Below are positions 42,796-51,973 of a stretch of DNA of 60,229 nucleotides, in pieces. A program made the position numbers and the translations under genes. Every line of letters starts with the position of its first letter. Position 1 is the first letter of the stretch. Source of the DNA: Patescibacteria group bacterium (GTDB lineage Bacteria > Patescibacteriota > Patescibacteriia > JAXHNJ01); the NCBI GenBank assembly GCA_034520665.1, contig JAXHNJ010000002.1:1-60229 (forward strand). The letters are read 5' to 3'. Below the pieces are notes generated by a model. That model was not told the DNA's origin. It made no database searches and saw nothing but the letters and a program-made list of their open reading frames with translations.

Positions 42796-44223
42796 TTATT
42801 TATTTAAAACCACTTGTTTAAAAAAGATAATATCTTTTTTATTAATACCTCTTAATAAAAATAAAATTATAAAATAAATCAGACTTCCCAATAATATCTG
42901 AATAATTACATATAAATTATTAACTAATAATAGAAAAATTGCCATTGCTAGCGAAGATAAAATAGGTCGCCATAAATTTTTAGAAATTTTATAAGAAATA
43001 ATCTTCCTTAAATTTATATGCATATAAATAACTACGGCTATTTCTGCTGATAGGGTAGCAATAGCAGCACCGTATAAACTAAATAATGGTATTAATATAA
43101 TATTAAGAATAATATTCATTAAAGCACCTAACCCCACACCAAATAAATGTTTTTTTTGTTGATCACAAGCTTGTAACGTAGGTCCAAAAATAGAACTAAT
43201 GTAAATAATTGAAGCTGTCCAAATTAGTATTTGGAAAGCCAAAATACTTTTTGTGTATTCAGCTCCAAATAATAATATTATTAAATCATGTCCGACCAGT
43301 ACTCCTCCAATAGCCATTGGTATACTAATAATAAAAATAGTTTTTGAAAATTTATAAATAAGATTTTCAAGTCTATTAATAGATTGCTTATATAATTTAG
43401 ATATTGCCGGAAAAAAAGCAGTAGAAATAAGCCCAGATACCATAATAAGAAACATAATTGGACGATAAGCCGCATTATACCAACCAACTTCTTTATCCTG
43501 GCCCATAAAGCCCAGCATCACTGAGTCCATATAATAGTAAATCATAATAAACATAGCACTTAAGGCAAATGGCCACGATTTTTTTAATAGTTCTTTCCAA
43601 AATTTGAAGTTAAATTTCAAAGTTATTGAGCAAAAATATTTTTTTACAAATAATATTGCAATCAGTGCCGAAACAAAAACAGATAAAACATAAAACCAAG
43701 CTAAAAAAATAACATTTAAATTTAAACTAATAGTAATTACACCTAATATAAAAATATTGGTGACATAAATAACCTTTATTAAGGCCTCATATTTCATTTT
43801 TTCAAAAGCTCTAAAAACTGACTGAAAAAATGTAGAAAATGAATTCAATATCATCCAAATACTCATTAAATATAATAAAGTAATAGTTTGGTTATCTTTT
43901 TTTACTATAAATAAAACAACAAATAATAATATAAAAGCAATAATGCTTAAAAATATTTTTATACTTATAATGTTAGCAACATATCTTCTTACTTCATTTT
44001 TATAACGAGCCACTTGTCGAGTAAATAAACTTGTTAAACCAAAATCGGTAATTATAGAAAAAAGATTAACTATACTTATTGTAAACATCAATTTACCATA
44101 TACAGTCGCACCTAAATATCTCGCCAACCATATAACTAAAAAAAACATTAATACTCCATTTATTAATTCTGCTGCACCTAACCAAAAAGTATTTCTAAAT
44201 ATTGTTTTTAATATCCTGCTCAT
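42796..44223 (-). CDS. Wzx-type polysaccharide flippase (MOP superfamily)
   Basis: 475 aa with about 12-14 TM segments. N-terminal NTFWLGAAELINGVLMF.. is typical of polysaccharide biosynthesis proteins. Confidence 0.8.
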   Translation of the reverse strand: MSRILKTIFRNTFWLGAAELINGVLMFFLVIWLARYLGATVYGKLMFTISIVNLFSIITDFGLTSLFTRQVARYKNEVRRYVANIISIKIFLSIIAFILLFVVLFIVKKDNQTITLLYLMSIWMILNSFSTFFQSVFRAFEKMKYEALIKVIYVTNIFILGVITISLNLNVIFLAWFYVLSVFVSALIAILFVKKYFCSITLKFNFKFWKELLKKSWPFALSAMFIMIYYYMDSVMLGFMGQDKEVGWYNAAYRPIMFLIMVSGLISTAFFPAISKLYKQSINRLENLIYKFSKTIFIISIPMAIGGVLVGHDLIILLFGAEYTKSILAFQILIWTASIIYISSIFGPTLQACDQQKKHLFGVGLGALMNIILNIILIPLFSLYGAAIATLSAEIAVVIYMHINLRKIISYKISKNLWRPILSSLAMAIFLLLVNNLYVIIQILLGSLIYFIILFLLRGINKKDIIFFKQVVLNK

Positions 44224-44237
44224 AAATACACATTGAA

Positions 44238-44264
44238 AAGATTAACTTATTATTAGTTAATCTT
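44238..44264 (-). terminator. hairpin between ugd and wzx
   Basis: AAGATTAACT-TATTATT-AGTTAATCTT, a perfect 10-bp stem with weak flanking T tracts. Confidence 0.4.
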
Positions 44265-44281
44265 TAATAAATTTGATATTT

Positions 44282-45565
44282 CTACCGCCCAATACTTTCA
44301 TAAATGAAACCTAATTTTTTCATCTTCTCCGGATCCAACAAATTACGCCCGTCTAAAACAATGGGGCGACGTAAAAGATGCTTTATTTTTTTCCAATCAA
44401 AATCTTTATAATGCGGCCATTCAGTAGCAATAATAAGAGCCTGAGAATTTTCACAAGCTTTATAGGGGTCTTCCCAAAAAATTATATTATTTAAAACTTT
44501 AGCGGCATTTTTCTGAGCCACTGGATCGTAGGCCTGTACTTTGGCGCCCTTTTTTTGCAGTCTTTTTATTATTTCAATAGCCGCTGATTCACGAATATCG
44601 TCAGTATTATTCTTAAAAGCCAAGCCAAAAATAGTGATTTGTTTATTTTTTAAATTCTTTAATATTTTTTCAGACCTTTCAACTAAAAGCTGGCGCTGGT
44701 AGTTATTAACTTCAATCACTGCTTTCAGTAATTTAAAATCATAGCCATGAGTGCCGGAGATTTGATTCAAACCCTTAACATCCTTAGGAAAACAGGAGCC
44801 GCCATAGCCAATGCCAGCCCGTAGAAAATACTGGCCAATTCTCCGGTCCAGCCCCATGCCCCGAGCCACTACTTCCACATCAGCTCCCACTCGCTCGCAA
44901 ATATTGGACATTTCATTAATAAATGATATTTTAGTGGCTAAAAAGGCATTTGAAGCATATTTTACTAATTCCGCATTTTCCAAATTAGTAAATATTTTTT
45001 TGACTTTCATTTTCTTAAATATTTCTTTCATGATCTGACAAGATTTTTCACTTTCACAACCAACAATAATACGGTCGGCCCCAAAAAAGTCAATCACAGC
45101 ACTGCCTTCCCTTAAAAATTCAGGGCAGGAAACTACGTCAAAATCACCTTTATATTTCTTTTTAATTATCTTTTTTACTTCCTTGGCTGTACCCACCGGC
45201 ACGGTACTTTTATTAACTATCACTTTATAACTTTCTATATTCTCGCTTAATTGTTTGGCTACTTTATAGACATATTTTAATTCAACCGATCCGTCTTTTT
45301 TTGAAGGGGTCTGGACACAAACAAAAACTGTCTTAGCTCCTTTAATACCCTTTTTTAAAGAATTTGTAAAAGATAAATTATTTTTTTTAATATTTTTGAT
45401 TACTAATTCTTCCAGCCCTTGTTCATAAATAGGAACAATACCTTTTTTCAAATTGTTTATTTTCTTTTTATCAAGGTCAATACAGGTAACCTTATGACCT
45501 AGGTCTGATAAACATGTTCCGGTGACCAACCCAACATAACCAGTACCGATAATGGCAATTTTCAT
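44282..45565 (-). CDS. ugd: UDP-glucose 6-dehydrogenase
   Basis: MKIAIIGTGYVGLVTGTCL, GYGGSCFPKDV catalytic Cys motif, 427 aa. Confidence 0.9.
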   Translation of the reverse strand: MKIAIIGTGYVGLVTGTCLSDLGHKVTCIDLDKKKINNLKKGIVPIYEQGLEELVIKNIKKNNLSFTNSLKKGIKGAKTVFVCVQTPSKKDGSVELKYVYKVAKQLSENIESYKVIVNKSTVPVGTAKEVKKIIKKKYKGDFDVVSCPEFLREGSAVIDFFGADRIIVGCESEKSCQIMKEIFKKMKVKKIFTNLENAELVKYASNAFLATKISFINEMSNICERVGADVEVVARGMGLDRRIGQYFLRAGIGYGGSCFPKDVKGLNQISGTHGYDFKLLKAVIEVNNYQRQLLVERSEKILKNLKNKQITIFGLAFKNNTDDIRESAAIEIIKRLQKKGAKVQAYDPVAQKNAAKVLNNIIFWEDPYKACENSQALIIATEWPHYKDFDWKKIKHLLRRPIVLDGRNLLDPEKMKKLGFIYESIGR

Positions 45566-45569
45566 ATAT

Positions 45570-46856
45570 TTACCTCCCCATCCCCTTATAAATTATACCC
45601 ATTTCTTCTATTTTTTCTTTATTTAAACAGTTTTTACCATCAATAATTATTTTTATATTATTATCTTTTAATTTATTTAAATCCACATTAACAAATTCAT
45701 TATGATTAGTAACTACAACCAGAACTTCTGATTTTTCTATTAATTCATCCAAATTTTTAACATTTGATTCTTTCTTAAAATAAGGATCATAAATTAATAA
45801 ATCAGCATCTAATTCTTTAATTAATTTTTGAATATCGGAAAAAGGAGTTTCTCTTTTGTCACTGACATTGGCTTTATAAGAAATACCGAGCAAGCCAATC
45901 TTAGTGCCCTTGATTGATTTATTTATCTGATTTAAGGCCAGCATAAGCTGATTAACCGCATAACCAGGCATGGATTTATTAATTTCCCGGGCTAATTTCA
46001 AGAATTTATGGTCAAAACCGGCGCTTTTAGCTCTTTTAATTAAATAATAGGGATCAACCGGGATACAGTGACCGCCGACACCAATAGAAGGATAATGAGC
46101 CATAAAAGCAAAGGGTTTGGTGGAAGCCCCTTGAATAACATCATAAACATCAATACCGAGCTTATCAAAAGAACGGGCTAATTCATTAACAAAAGCAATA
46201 TTAATATCTCGGAAAGTGTTTTCCACTATCTTAGTGGCCTCGGCTTCTTTAAGCGACTTCATCGGCCTGACCTGGCCTTCTAAAATACTTTGATAAAACT
46301 TAACCGCTTTTTCCAGGCCTTCTTTAGCATAAGCGCCGACTACCCGCGGAATATTACGCACGTTCCACTTTTTATTACCCGGATCTATCCTTTCCGGACA
46401 ATGGGCCAGATAAAAGTCTTGGCCGGCTTTCAGGCCTGACTTTTCCAATATTGGTAAAACCACTTCTTGACAGACTCCGGGATTAACCGTTGATTCAAAA
46501 ATTATTAGTTGATCCTTTTTTAAATGCTCAGCCAGACTAGAAGCGGCGCTTTTAATTGGGGTTAAATCCGGCATATATTCTTTATCCACCGGTGTTGGTA
46601 CGCAAACCATAACAATATCAGCCTTTTTAATAATAGAAGAGTCCGTAGTCGCTTCAATATCCACTTTTTTTAGCCACTCTATAACTTCTTTTTCTTTAAC
46701 CGGACTTTCTTTTTTATTTATCATGTCTACTTTTTCTTTATCCTTTTCTAAACCAAAAACATGATATCCTTTTTCAGCCGCTAAACAAGCCAAAGGCAAA
46801 CCGACATAGCCTAAACCAATCACCACTACATTTTCTGTTTTATTTTTATTAGTCAT
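45570..46856 (-). CDS. nucleotide-sugar dehydrogenase (UDP-N-acetyl-hexosamine dehydrogenase, WecC/WbpA-like)
   Basis: VVVIGLGYVGLPLA, GVGGHCIPVDP motif, 428 aa. Confidence 0.85.
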   Translation of the reverse strand: MTNKNKTENVVVIGLGYVGLPLACLAAEKGYHVFGLEKDKEKVDMINKKESPVKEKEVIEWLKKVDIEATTDSSIIKKADIVMVCVPTPVDKEYMPDLTPIKSAASSLAEHLKKDQLIIFESTVNPGVCQEVVLPILEKSGLKAGQDFYLAHCPERIDPGNKKWNVRNIPRVVGAYAKEGLEKAVKFYQSILEGQVRPMKSLKEAEATKIVENTFRDINIAFVNELARSFDKLGIDVYDVIQGASTKPFAFMAHYPSIGVGGHCIPVDPYYLIKRAKSAGFDHKFLKLAREINKSMPGYAVNQLMLALNQINKSIKGTKIGLLGISYKANVSDKRETPFSDIQKLIKELDADLLIYDPYFKKESNVKNLDELIEKSEVLVVVTNHNEFVNVDLNKLKDNNIKIIIDGKNCLNKEKIEEMGIIYKGMGR

Positions 46857-47087
46857 ATGATATTAAAAAAATTAGTATTAAGATAAGTATATTAGCATTC
46901 AGGGTCTGGGGGGATTTTTTTCGCTATTAGTATTTATTTAGTTTGTTTCGCCTCGGAAAATTAATCACCCCAGGGCTCTTTGTTTCTTTCTGGCCACAGA
47001 AAGAAAAAACAAAAATAAATTATTAATGGGATTTCTTTGTTCGACCCCTATGGGATCTCAGTCGAAAGGGGGCTTATTTTTAATATT

Positions 47088-48005
47088 TTACACGTTTTCC
47101 CTAAACCAATCAATAGTCCTTTTTAAGCCCTCATCTAAAACCACTTTAGGCTGCCAATTTAAATCACTCTTTATTTTCTGATAACTTAAATTGCTTTTTT
47201 GCTGTTCACCAGGCAGGGCCTGGCCGTGTTTTTCTTTAAAATCAAAGCCACCTATTTGCCTCATTTTATTAAATAATTGATTAACACTGGTTTCGACTGA
47301 AGTGCCAACATTATAAATGCCTTTAACTTCCTGAGGCAGAGAAAACAGATTAGCTCTAATTACATCATCCACATAAACATAGTCTCGGGTTTGCTTACCG
47401 TCTCCATTAATTACTGGCGGCTCTTTATTAATCATTTTAGTGGCAAAAATAGCCACTACCCCGGCTTCGCCTTGAGGGTCCTGGCGAGGCCCGTAGACAT
47501 TAGCATAGCGCAGAGAAACCCAAGGTAAATTGTATTGCTTTTCATAATAATATAAATACTTTTCAATAGATAGCTTGGCAATACCATAGGGGCAAACTGG
47601 TTTTTCCTCATGGCCTTCGGGAGTTGGCACTTGATCAGTATCGCCATAAATAGCCCCGCCGGTTGATGAAAAAATAAACTTTGACTTTAGCTTTCGGCAA
47701 TTTTCCAGTAAATTTAAAGTGCCGACTATATTGACCTCGGCGTCAAAGCCCGGGTCTTCAACCGACAAACGTACATTTTTCTGAGCGGCCAGATGAAAAA
47801 CTATTTCCGGTTTAAACTGATTGAAAATATTTTTTAATTTTTTATCTCTGATATCAATTTTTTCAAAGTTTGCTTTTTTATTAACATTTTCCTTTTTACC
47901 GTAAGATAAATCATCAATTACTAATACCTGATGGTTTTCTTCAATTAAAGCGTCGGCTAAATGACTGCCGATGAATCCGGCTCCGCCGGTGACTAATATT
48001 TTCAT
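47088..48005 (-). CDS. NAD-dependent sugar epimerase (UDP-glucose 4-epimerase-like)
   Basis: MKILVTGGAGFIGSHL and YGIAKLS (YxxxK) motifs, 305 aa. Confidence 0.8.
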   Translation of the reverse strand: MKILVTGGAGFIGSHLADALIEENHQVLVIDDLSYGKKENVNKKANFEKIDIRDKKLKNIFNQFKPEIVFHLAAQKNVRLSVEDPGFDAEVNIVGTLNLLENCRKLKSKFIFSSTGGAIYGDTDQVPTPEGHEEKPVCPYGIAKLSIEKYLYYYEKQYNLPWVSLRYANVYGPRQDPQGEAGVVAIFATKMINKEPPVINGDGKQTRDYVYVDDVIRANLFSLPQEVKGIYNVGTSVETSVNQLFNKMRQIGGFDFKEKHGQALPGEQQKSNLSYQKIKSDLNWQPKVVLDEGLKRTIDWFRENV

Positions 48006-48033
48006 ATTGTATTAATAAATTAATTTTTTAATT

Positions 48034-48418
48034 CCTCTCAATCTCTCGCACCGTCTCGACTGAGGACTTGACCTTAAGTATAATCGAAGGGAAAGGACGA
48101 ATGGAGAGATCCTTAGGGCTGCTTTAGTAGGATTTCTCCGCGAGTATAAACCCTAGCCCCATCAAACCCTCGTACCATCTCGAGCGTAGTCGAGAGATCC
48201 TTATGGTTAATTTAACAGGATTTCTCCGCTCGGTCCCTACGGGACCTCAGTCGAAATGGTAAGGTGGGGAGCGTCGGCTTGCCCCGAGCTATGATGGGGG
48301 CCTGTCCCGAGCGAGCGAACAAAGTGAGAGAGTCGAGGGAGTCGAAACGGTATGGAGAGCCTCGGCCTGCCACCCGCCTGCCTCTGTGAGGCACGAACGG
48401 GCCGGCGCGAGCCAGCTA
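48034..48418. repeat. GC-rich island made of several hairpin-forming repeat units
   Basis: It stands out by eye from the AT-rich flanks. There are two copies of the hairpin GAGAGATCC-N15-GGATTTCTC (48103-48137 and 48192-48226). TCGAAA(T/C)GGTA and its complement occur four times. It also contains a GGTCCC-TAC-GGGACC hairpin. Confidence 0.7.
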
Positions 48419-48560
48419 ATCTATTCTAGAAAAATTCAAAGTACCAATTTCAAAATTCAAAGCAAATTTTAATCTAGTAAATTTTAAGCCATTTTTTAAT
48501 ATTTGAATTTTGACTATTAATTATTATTTTGAATTTTGGGATTTGGGATTTGAATTTCAT

Positions 48561-49721
48561 TTAAAGCCCGGCTTCCTTTTTTAGTATCTTTACTTTATCT
48601 GTCTTCTCCCAGGTAAAATCCTTATCATTCCGCCCAAAATGGCCGTAAGCGGCGGTTTTTTGGTAAATCGGTCTTTTCAGTCGTAACTGTTTTATTATTC
48701 CTTGTGGGGTCAGATCAAAAACTTTTCTGATTATTTTTTCAATAATAGCCTCTGAAACCCGGCCGGTATTAAAAGTATTAACCAAGACACTGATTGGCTC
48801 GGAATAGCCGATAACATAAGCCAGCTGAATTTCACATTTTTTTGCCAGTTTAGCGGCCACTACATTTTTAGCTATATAACGGGCCATATAGGAAGCGGAG
48901 CGGTCTACTTTGGAAGGATCCTTGCCCGAAAAAGCGCCGCCGCCATGAGCTCCCATGCCACCATAAGTATCAACAATTATTTTCCGGCCAGTGACTCCGG
49001 CGTCAGCGTAAGGTCCGCCTTTAACAAACTTACCAGTGGCGTTTATATAGTATTTGGTTTTCTTATCCACCCATTTCTGACAGACCGGATCAATCACCTT
49101 TTTTCGGATATCTTTTACAATCCGGCTGTGCTTTATCCCCTCTTCATGCTGAGTAGCCACAACAATTGTATTGACATGCTTTGGTCGGCCATCGACGTAT
49201 TCAACCGTCACCTGACTTTTTCCATCCGGTCCCAAGTATTTTAAAAGTCCTGATTTTCTTACCTGAGCCAGTTTTTTGGTAATTTTATGAGCCAAACTTA
49301 TAGGTAGAGGCATTAATTCCGGCGTCTCATCCGTGGCAAAGCCAAACATCATACCCTGATCCCCGGCTCCCTGGGCTTTATACTGTCCTTTACCCTTAGT
49401 TACTCCTTGAGAAATATCCGGGCTCTGCTCTTCAATATGGGTTAAAACAGCGCAGGTCTCCCATTCAATGCCCAGTTCCGAGCGGTTATAGCCGATATCT
49501 TTAAGAGTTTGTCTGACAATTTTCGGAATATCAACATAGGTCTTGGTGGTTATTTCTCCGGCCACCATAACCATACCGGTTTTAGTCAGACATTCAGCAG
49601 CTACTCGGGAATTCGGATCATCCTTTAAACAGGCGTCCAAAATCGCGTCCGAAATCTGGTCGCAAATTTTATCCGGATGGCCTTCAGTGACTGATTCTGA
49701 GGTAAAAAAATACTGACGCAT
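48561..49721 (-). CDS. metK: S-adenosylmethionine synthetase
   Basis: [31 protein letters not shown] and [16 protein letters not shown] motifs. Confidence 0.95.
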   Translation of the reverse strand: MRQYFFTSESVTEGHPDKICDQISDAILDACLKDDPNSRVAAECLTKTGMVMVAGEITTKTYVDIPKIVRQTLKDIGYNRSELGIEWETCAVLTHIEEQSPDISQGVTKGKGQYKAQGAGDQGMMFGFATDETPELMPLPISLAHKITKKLAQVRKSGLLKYLGPDGKSQVTVEYVDGRPKHVNTIVVATQHEEGIKHSRIVKDIRKKVIDPVCQKWVDKKTKYYINATGKFVKGGPYADAGVTGRKIIVDTYGGMGAHGGGAFSGKDPSKVDRSASYMARYIAKNVVAAKLAKKCEIQLAYVIGYSEPISVLVNTFNTGRVSEAIIEKIIRKVFDLTPQGIIKQLRLKRPIYQKTAAYGHFGRNDKDFTWEKTDKVKILKKEAGL

Positions 49722-49746
49722 TTTATTTATTTCTCCCTTTTATTTT

Positions 49747-50784
49747 TTATTGATTAATAAAACTTTCTATGCCGACTGACTTAAGCCCCTGCATAAACTC
49801 AATCGTCTTGGCCAGGCCTTGGTCAATACTAACCATGGGAAACCAGCCTAGTTTTTGTTTGGCCAGGGTAATCTCGGGCAGGCTTTGCTTGATGGAGTAT
49901 TTTAAGTCTTCGCTTTCCCGCACTTCCTTAATCTGACTTTGACTCTCTGACAATTTAATAATTTTCATGGCTACTTCTTTGAGCTTCAAGGGCTCCGGAT
50001 TGCCCAGATTTACTGGCTGATTATAAGTGGACTGGGCTAGCCGGATCAAACCTTCAATTAAATCACTGATATAGCAAAAAGAATTGACTTTACTATAATC
50101 GCCATAAATTTGCACTGGCCTACTTTCAATAGCCTGTTTGATCATATCCGGCACCATGCGGCCGTCATTTAGTCTCAAGCGCGGGCCGTAGGTATGCCAG
50201 ACCCGGGCAATTTTAGTGTCTAAATTATATTTTTTATGATAAGCATTTACCATGGACTCGCCAAATCTTTTGCCTTCATCATAAACACTCGTTTCGCCAA
50301 TCGGGTTAACATAACCCCAATATTCTTCGTTGATATAAATATTTTCTTGATCCATGATTTCGCCGTAAATAGTGGAGGAAGAAAGATAAATAAATTTACT
50401 CTCATATTTTCGGGCTATTTCCAAAGCGTTATATGTAGCGTGGCTATTGGCCAAAAGAGTCTTGACTGGGTGTTTAAGATAATCAGCCGGTGAAGTCGGG
50501 CAGGCCAGATGATAAACCTCTTGAATACCCTGAAAAGGAAGTTTAAAATCGTTTAATTCGTTAACCTCTTCCAAATCAATCTTTTTAGTTAAATCATGCT
50601 TAATAAATTCAAAATCCGGATTAACCAGCAAGTGATTAATGTTTTGTTCGAGACTGGTCAGAAAATTATCCAGGCAAATTACTTTGTTTTCTTTAATTAA
50701 ATTATCGCAAAGATGGCTGCCGACAAAGCCGGCCCCGCCGGTAATCAGTATATTTTTTTTATCAAATATTCTTTTTTTTGCCAT
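49747..50784 (-). CDS. UDP-glucuronate decarboxylase (UDP-xylose synthase-like SDR)
   Basis: ILITGGAGFVGSHL, YDEGKR, TYGPRLRLNDGRMVP and NLGNPEP motifs typical of UXS. Confidence 0.8.
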   Translation of the reverse strand: MAKKRIFDKKNILITGGAGFVGSHLCDNLIKENKVICLDNFLTSLEQNINHLLVNPDFEFIKHDLTKKIDLEEVNELNDFKLPFQGIQEVYHLACPTSPADYLKHPVKTLLANSHATYNALEIARKYESKFIYLSSSTIYGEIMDQENIYINEEYWGYVNPIGETSVYDEGKRFGESMVNAYHKKYNLDTKIARVWHTYGPRLRLNDGRMVPDMIKQAIESRPVQIYGDYSKVNSFCYISDLIEGLIRLAQSTYNQPVNLGNPEPLKLKEVAMKIIKLSESQSQIKEVRESEDLKYSIKQSLPEITLAKQKLGWFPMVSIDQGLAKTIEFMQGLKSVGIESFINQ

Positions 50785-51484
50785 TTTTAAGTCTTATTTT
50801 AAGTTTAATTAATGTTTTAAAAAATAAAAGGCTATTTTTTATCAGTTTAAAAGGTGAACCGAGCAAAGCCGAGCTTTCAATTTCCTGCCATTTAGTCGGT
50901 ACTTCTTTGATTTTAAAGCCATATTTTCGGGCCAGAACCAATAACTCAATATCAAACATCATATTATTAATTTTCATTTCGGGCAATATTTTTTTGATCA
51001 GTTCCCTTTTATATATTTTAGCCCCGCACTGAGTGTCAAAATAAGGTAGATGAAAAAGAAGTTTAGAAATCAGACGAAAACCGCGGGAAACAAATCGGCG
51101 CGTTAAAGTCCTTTTAGCCTGAGCTCCCGGAGCGTAGCGCGAAGCCATCACTCCGTCATAGTCCTTTAAATTATTAACCAGTTTTTTATATTCATAAGGA
51201 CTAGTAGCCATATCAGCGTCGACAAAGCCGATATATTGGCCCTGAGCCGCCTTAAAGCCTTCTCTAATGGCTCCGCCTTTGTTAATCGGTTCTTTAATAT
51301 CCAAATATCTTAAATTACTGTATTTATTTTGCTTTTCTTTAACCACCGCTAAAGTATTATCATGACAGGCGTTAAGAATTACCCAAAATTCGGTATTTTT
51401 ATCAAAAGCTTTTAAATATTGCTCTAATGTGCGGCCGATTCTTTTTTCTTCATTATGGGCCGGTATAATAATTGAAAGATACAT
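50762..51484 (-). CDS. GT2 polyprenyl-phosphate glycosyltransferase (DPM1/ALG5/GtrB-like)
   Basis: SIIIPAHNEEKRIG, FVDADMAT and FDTQCGAK motifs. Overlaps the UXS start by 23 nt. Confidence 0.8.
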   Translation of the reverse strand: MYLSIIIPAHNEEKRIGRTLEQYLKAFDKNTEFWVILNACHDNTLAVVKEKQNKYSNLRYLDIKEPINKGGAIREGFKAAQGQYIGFVDADMATSPYEYKKLVNNLKDYDGVMASRYAPGAQAKRTLTRRFVSRGFRLISKLLFHLPYFDTQCGAKIYKRELIKKILPEMKINNMMFDIELLVLARKYGFKIKEVPTKWQEIESSALLGSPFKLIKNSLLFFKTLIKLKIRLKNGKKKNI

Positions 51485-51514
51485 AATTATATAACAAATT
51501 ATACAATATTTTAG

Positions 51515-51970
51515 CTATTTTTCCAAATCTTCCCTGACTGGTCTTGCTTTACGAAAAGTCCAAAATTTATTGGCAAAAAAGTTCCAAAATAATACTACAA
51601 TAATAGCCCCTAGCTTGGCCCAGTTATACCAAAAGCCAAAATACTCAATTAATAAATACATCAGACCCAGATTAATCAGTAAACCAATAACACTGACAAA
51701 TATAAACTGAAAAAACTGAACATGTGATTTAGCTAAGTAAGCTTTTTTATCTTTAAAAGTCCAGTATTTATTTAAAACAAAATTATTAATCACTGCTAAA
51801 ATAAAAGAAATAGTAGCCGCTAAATAAACCATGACCTCAAAGACCTGGTGCAGCAAATTAAGAAAACCAACATCAATTGCTGTACCGATAAAGCCAACAA
51901 TACCAAACTTTATCAATTGTGAGATACTAGTTTGATGGCGATAATATAAACTTTTAAAGCGAGAGATCAT
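51515..51970 (-). CDS. GtrA family membrane protein
   Basis: 151 aa with 4 TM segments. LIKFGIVGFIGTAIDVGFLNLL and ..NKFWTF repeats are typical of GtrA. Confidence 0.8.
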   Translation of the reverse strand: MISRFKSLYYRHQTSISQLIKFGIVGFIGTAIDVGFLNLLHQVFEVMVYLAATISFILAVINNFVLNKYWTFKDKKAYLAKSHVQFFQFIFVSVIGLLINLGLMYLLIEYFGFWYNWAKLGAIIVVLFWNFFANKFWTFRKARPVREDLEK

Positions 51971-51973
51971 TAA

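Noticed and set aside
46983-47006. Intrinsic terminator after the epimerase gene (TTTCTTTCTG-GCCA-CAGAAAGAAA)
   Set aside because: The stem is a perfect 10 bp, but no U-tract follows it in the direction of transcription (minus strand). It is noted only as a hairpin and not called as a terminator.
48034-48418. RNase P RNA, tmRNA, SRP RNA or 6S RNA in the GC-rich island
   Set aside because: Both strands lack the conserved signatures I know: GAGGAAAGTCC and ACAGAA..CCGGCTTA for RNase P, the tRNA-like ends and tag ORF for tmRNA, and GGAA/AGCA domain IV motifs for SRP. The repetitive hairpin architecture fits a repeat cluster better. A covariance-model scan is still needed.
49722-49746. SAM riboswitch upstream of metK
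   Set aside because: Only 25 nt separate metK from the upstream gene, which leaves no room for a riboswitch aptamer. metK appears to be transcribed as part of the operon.
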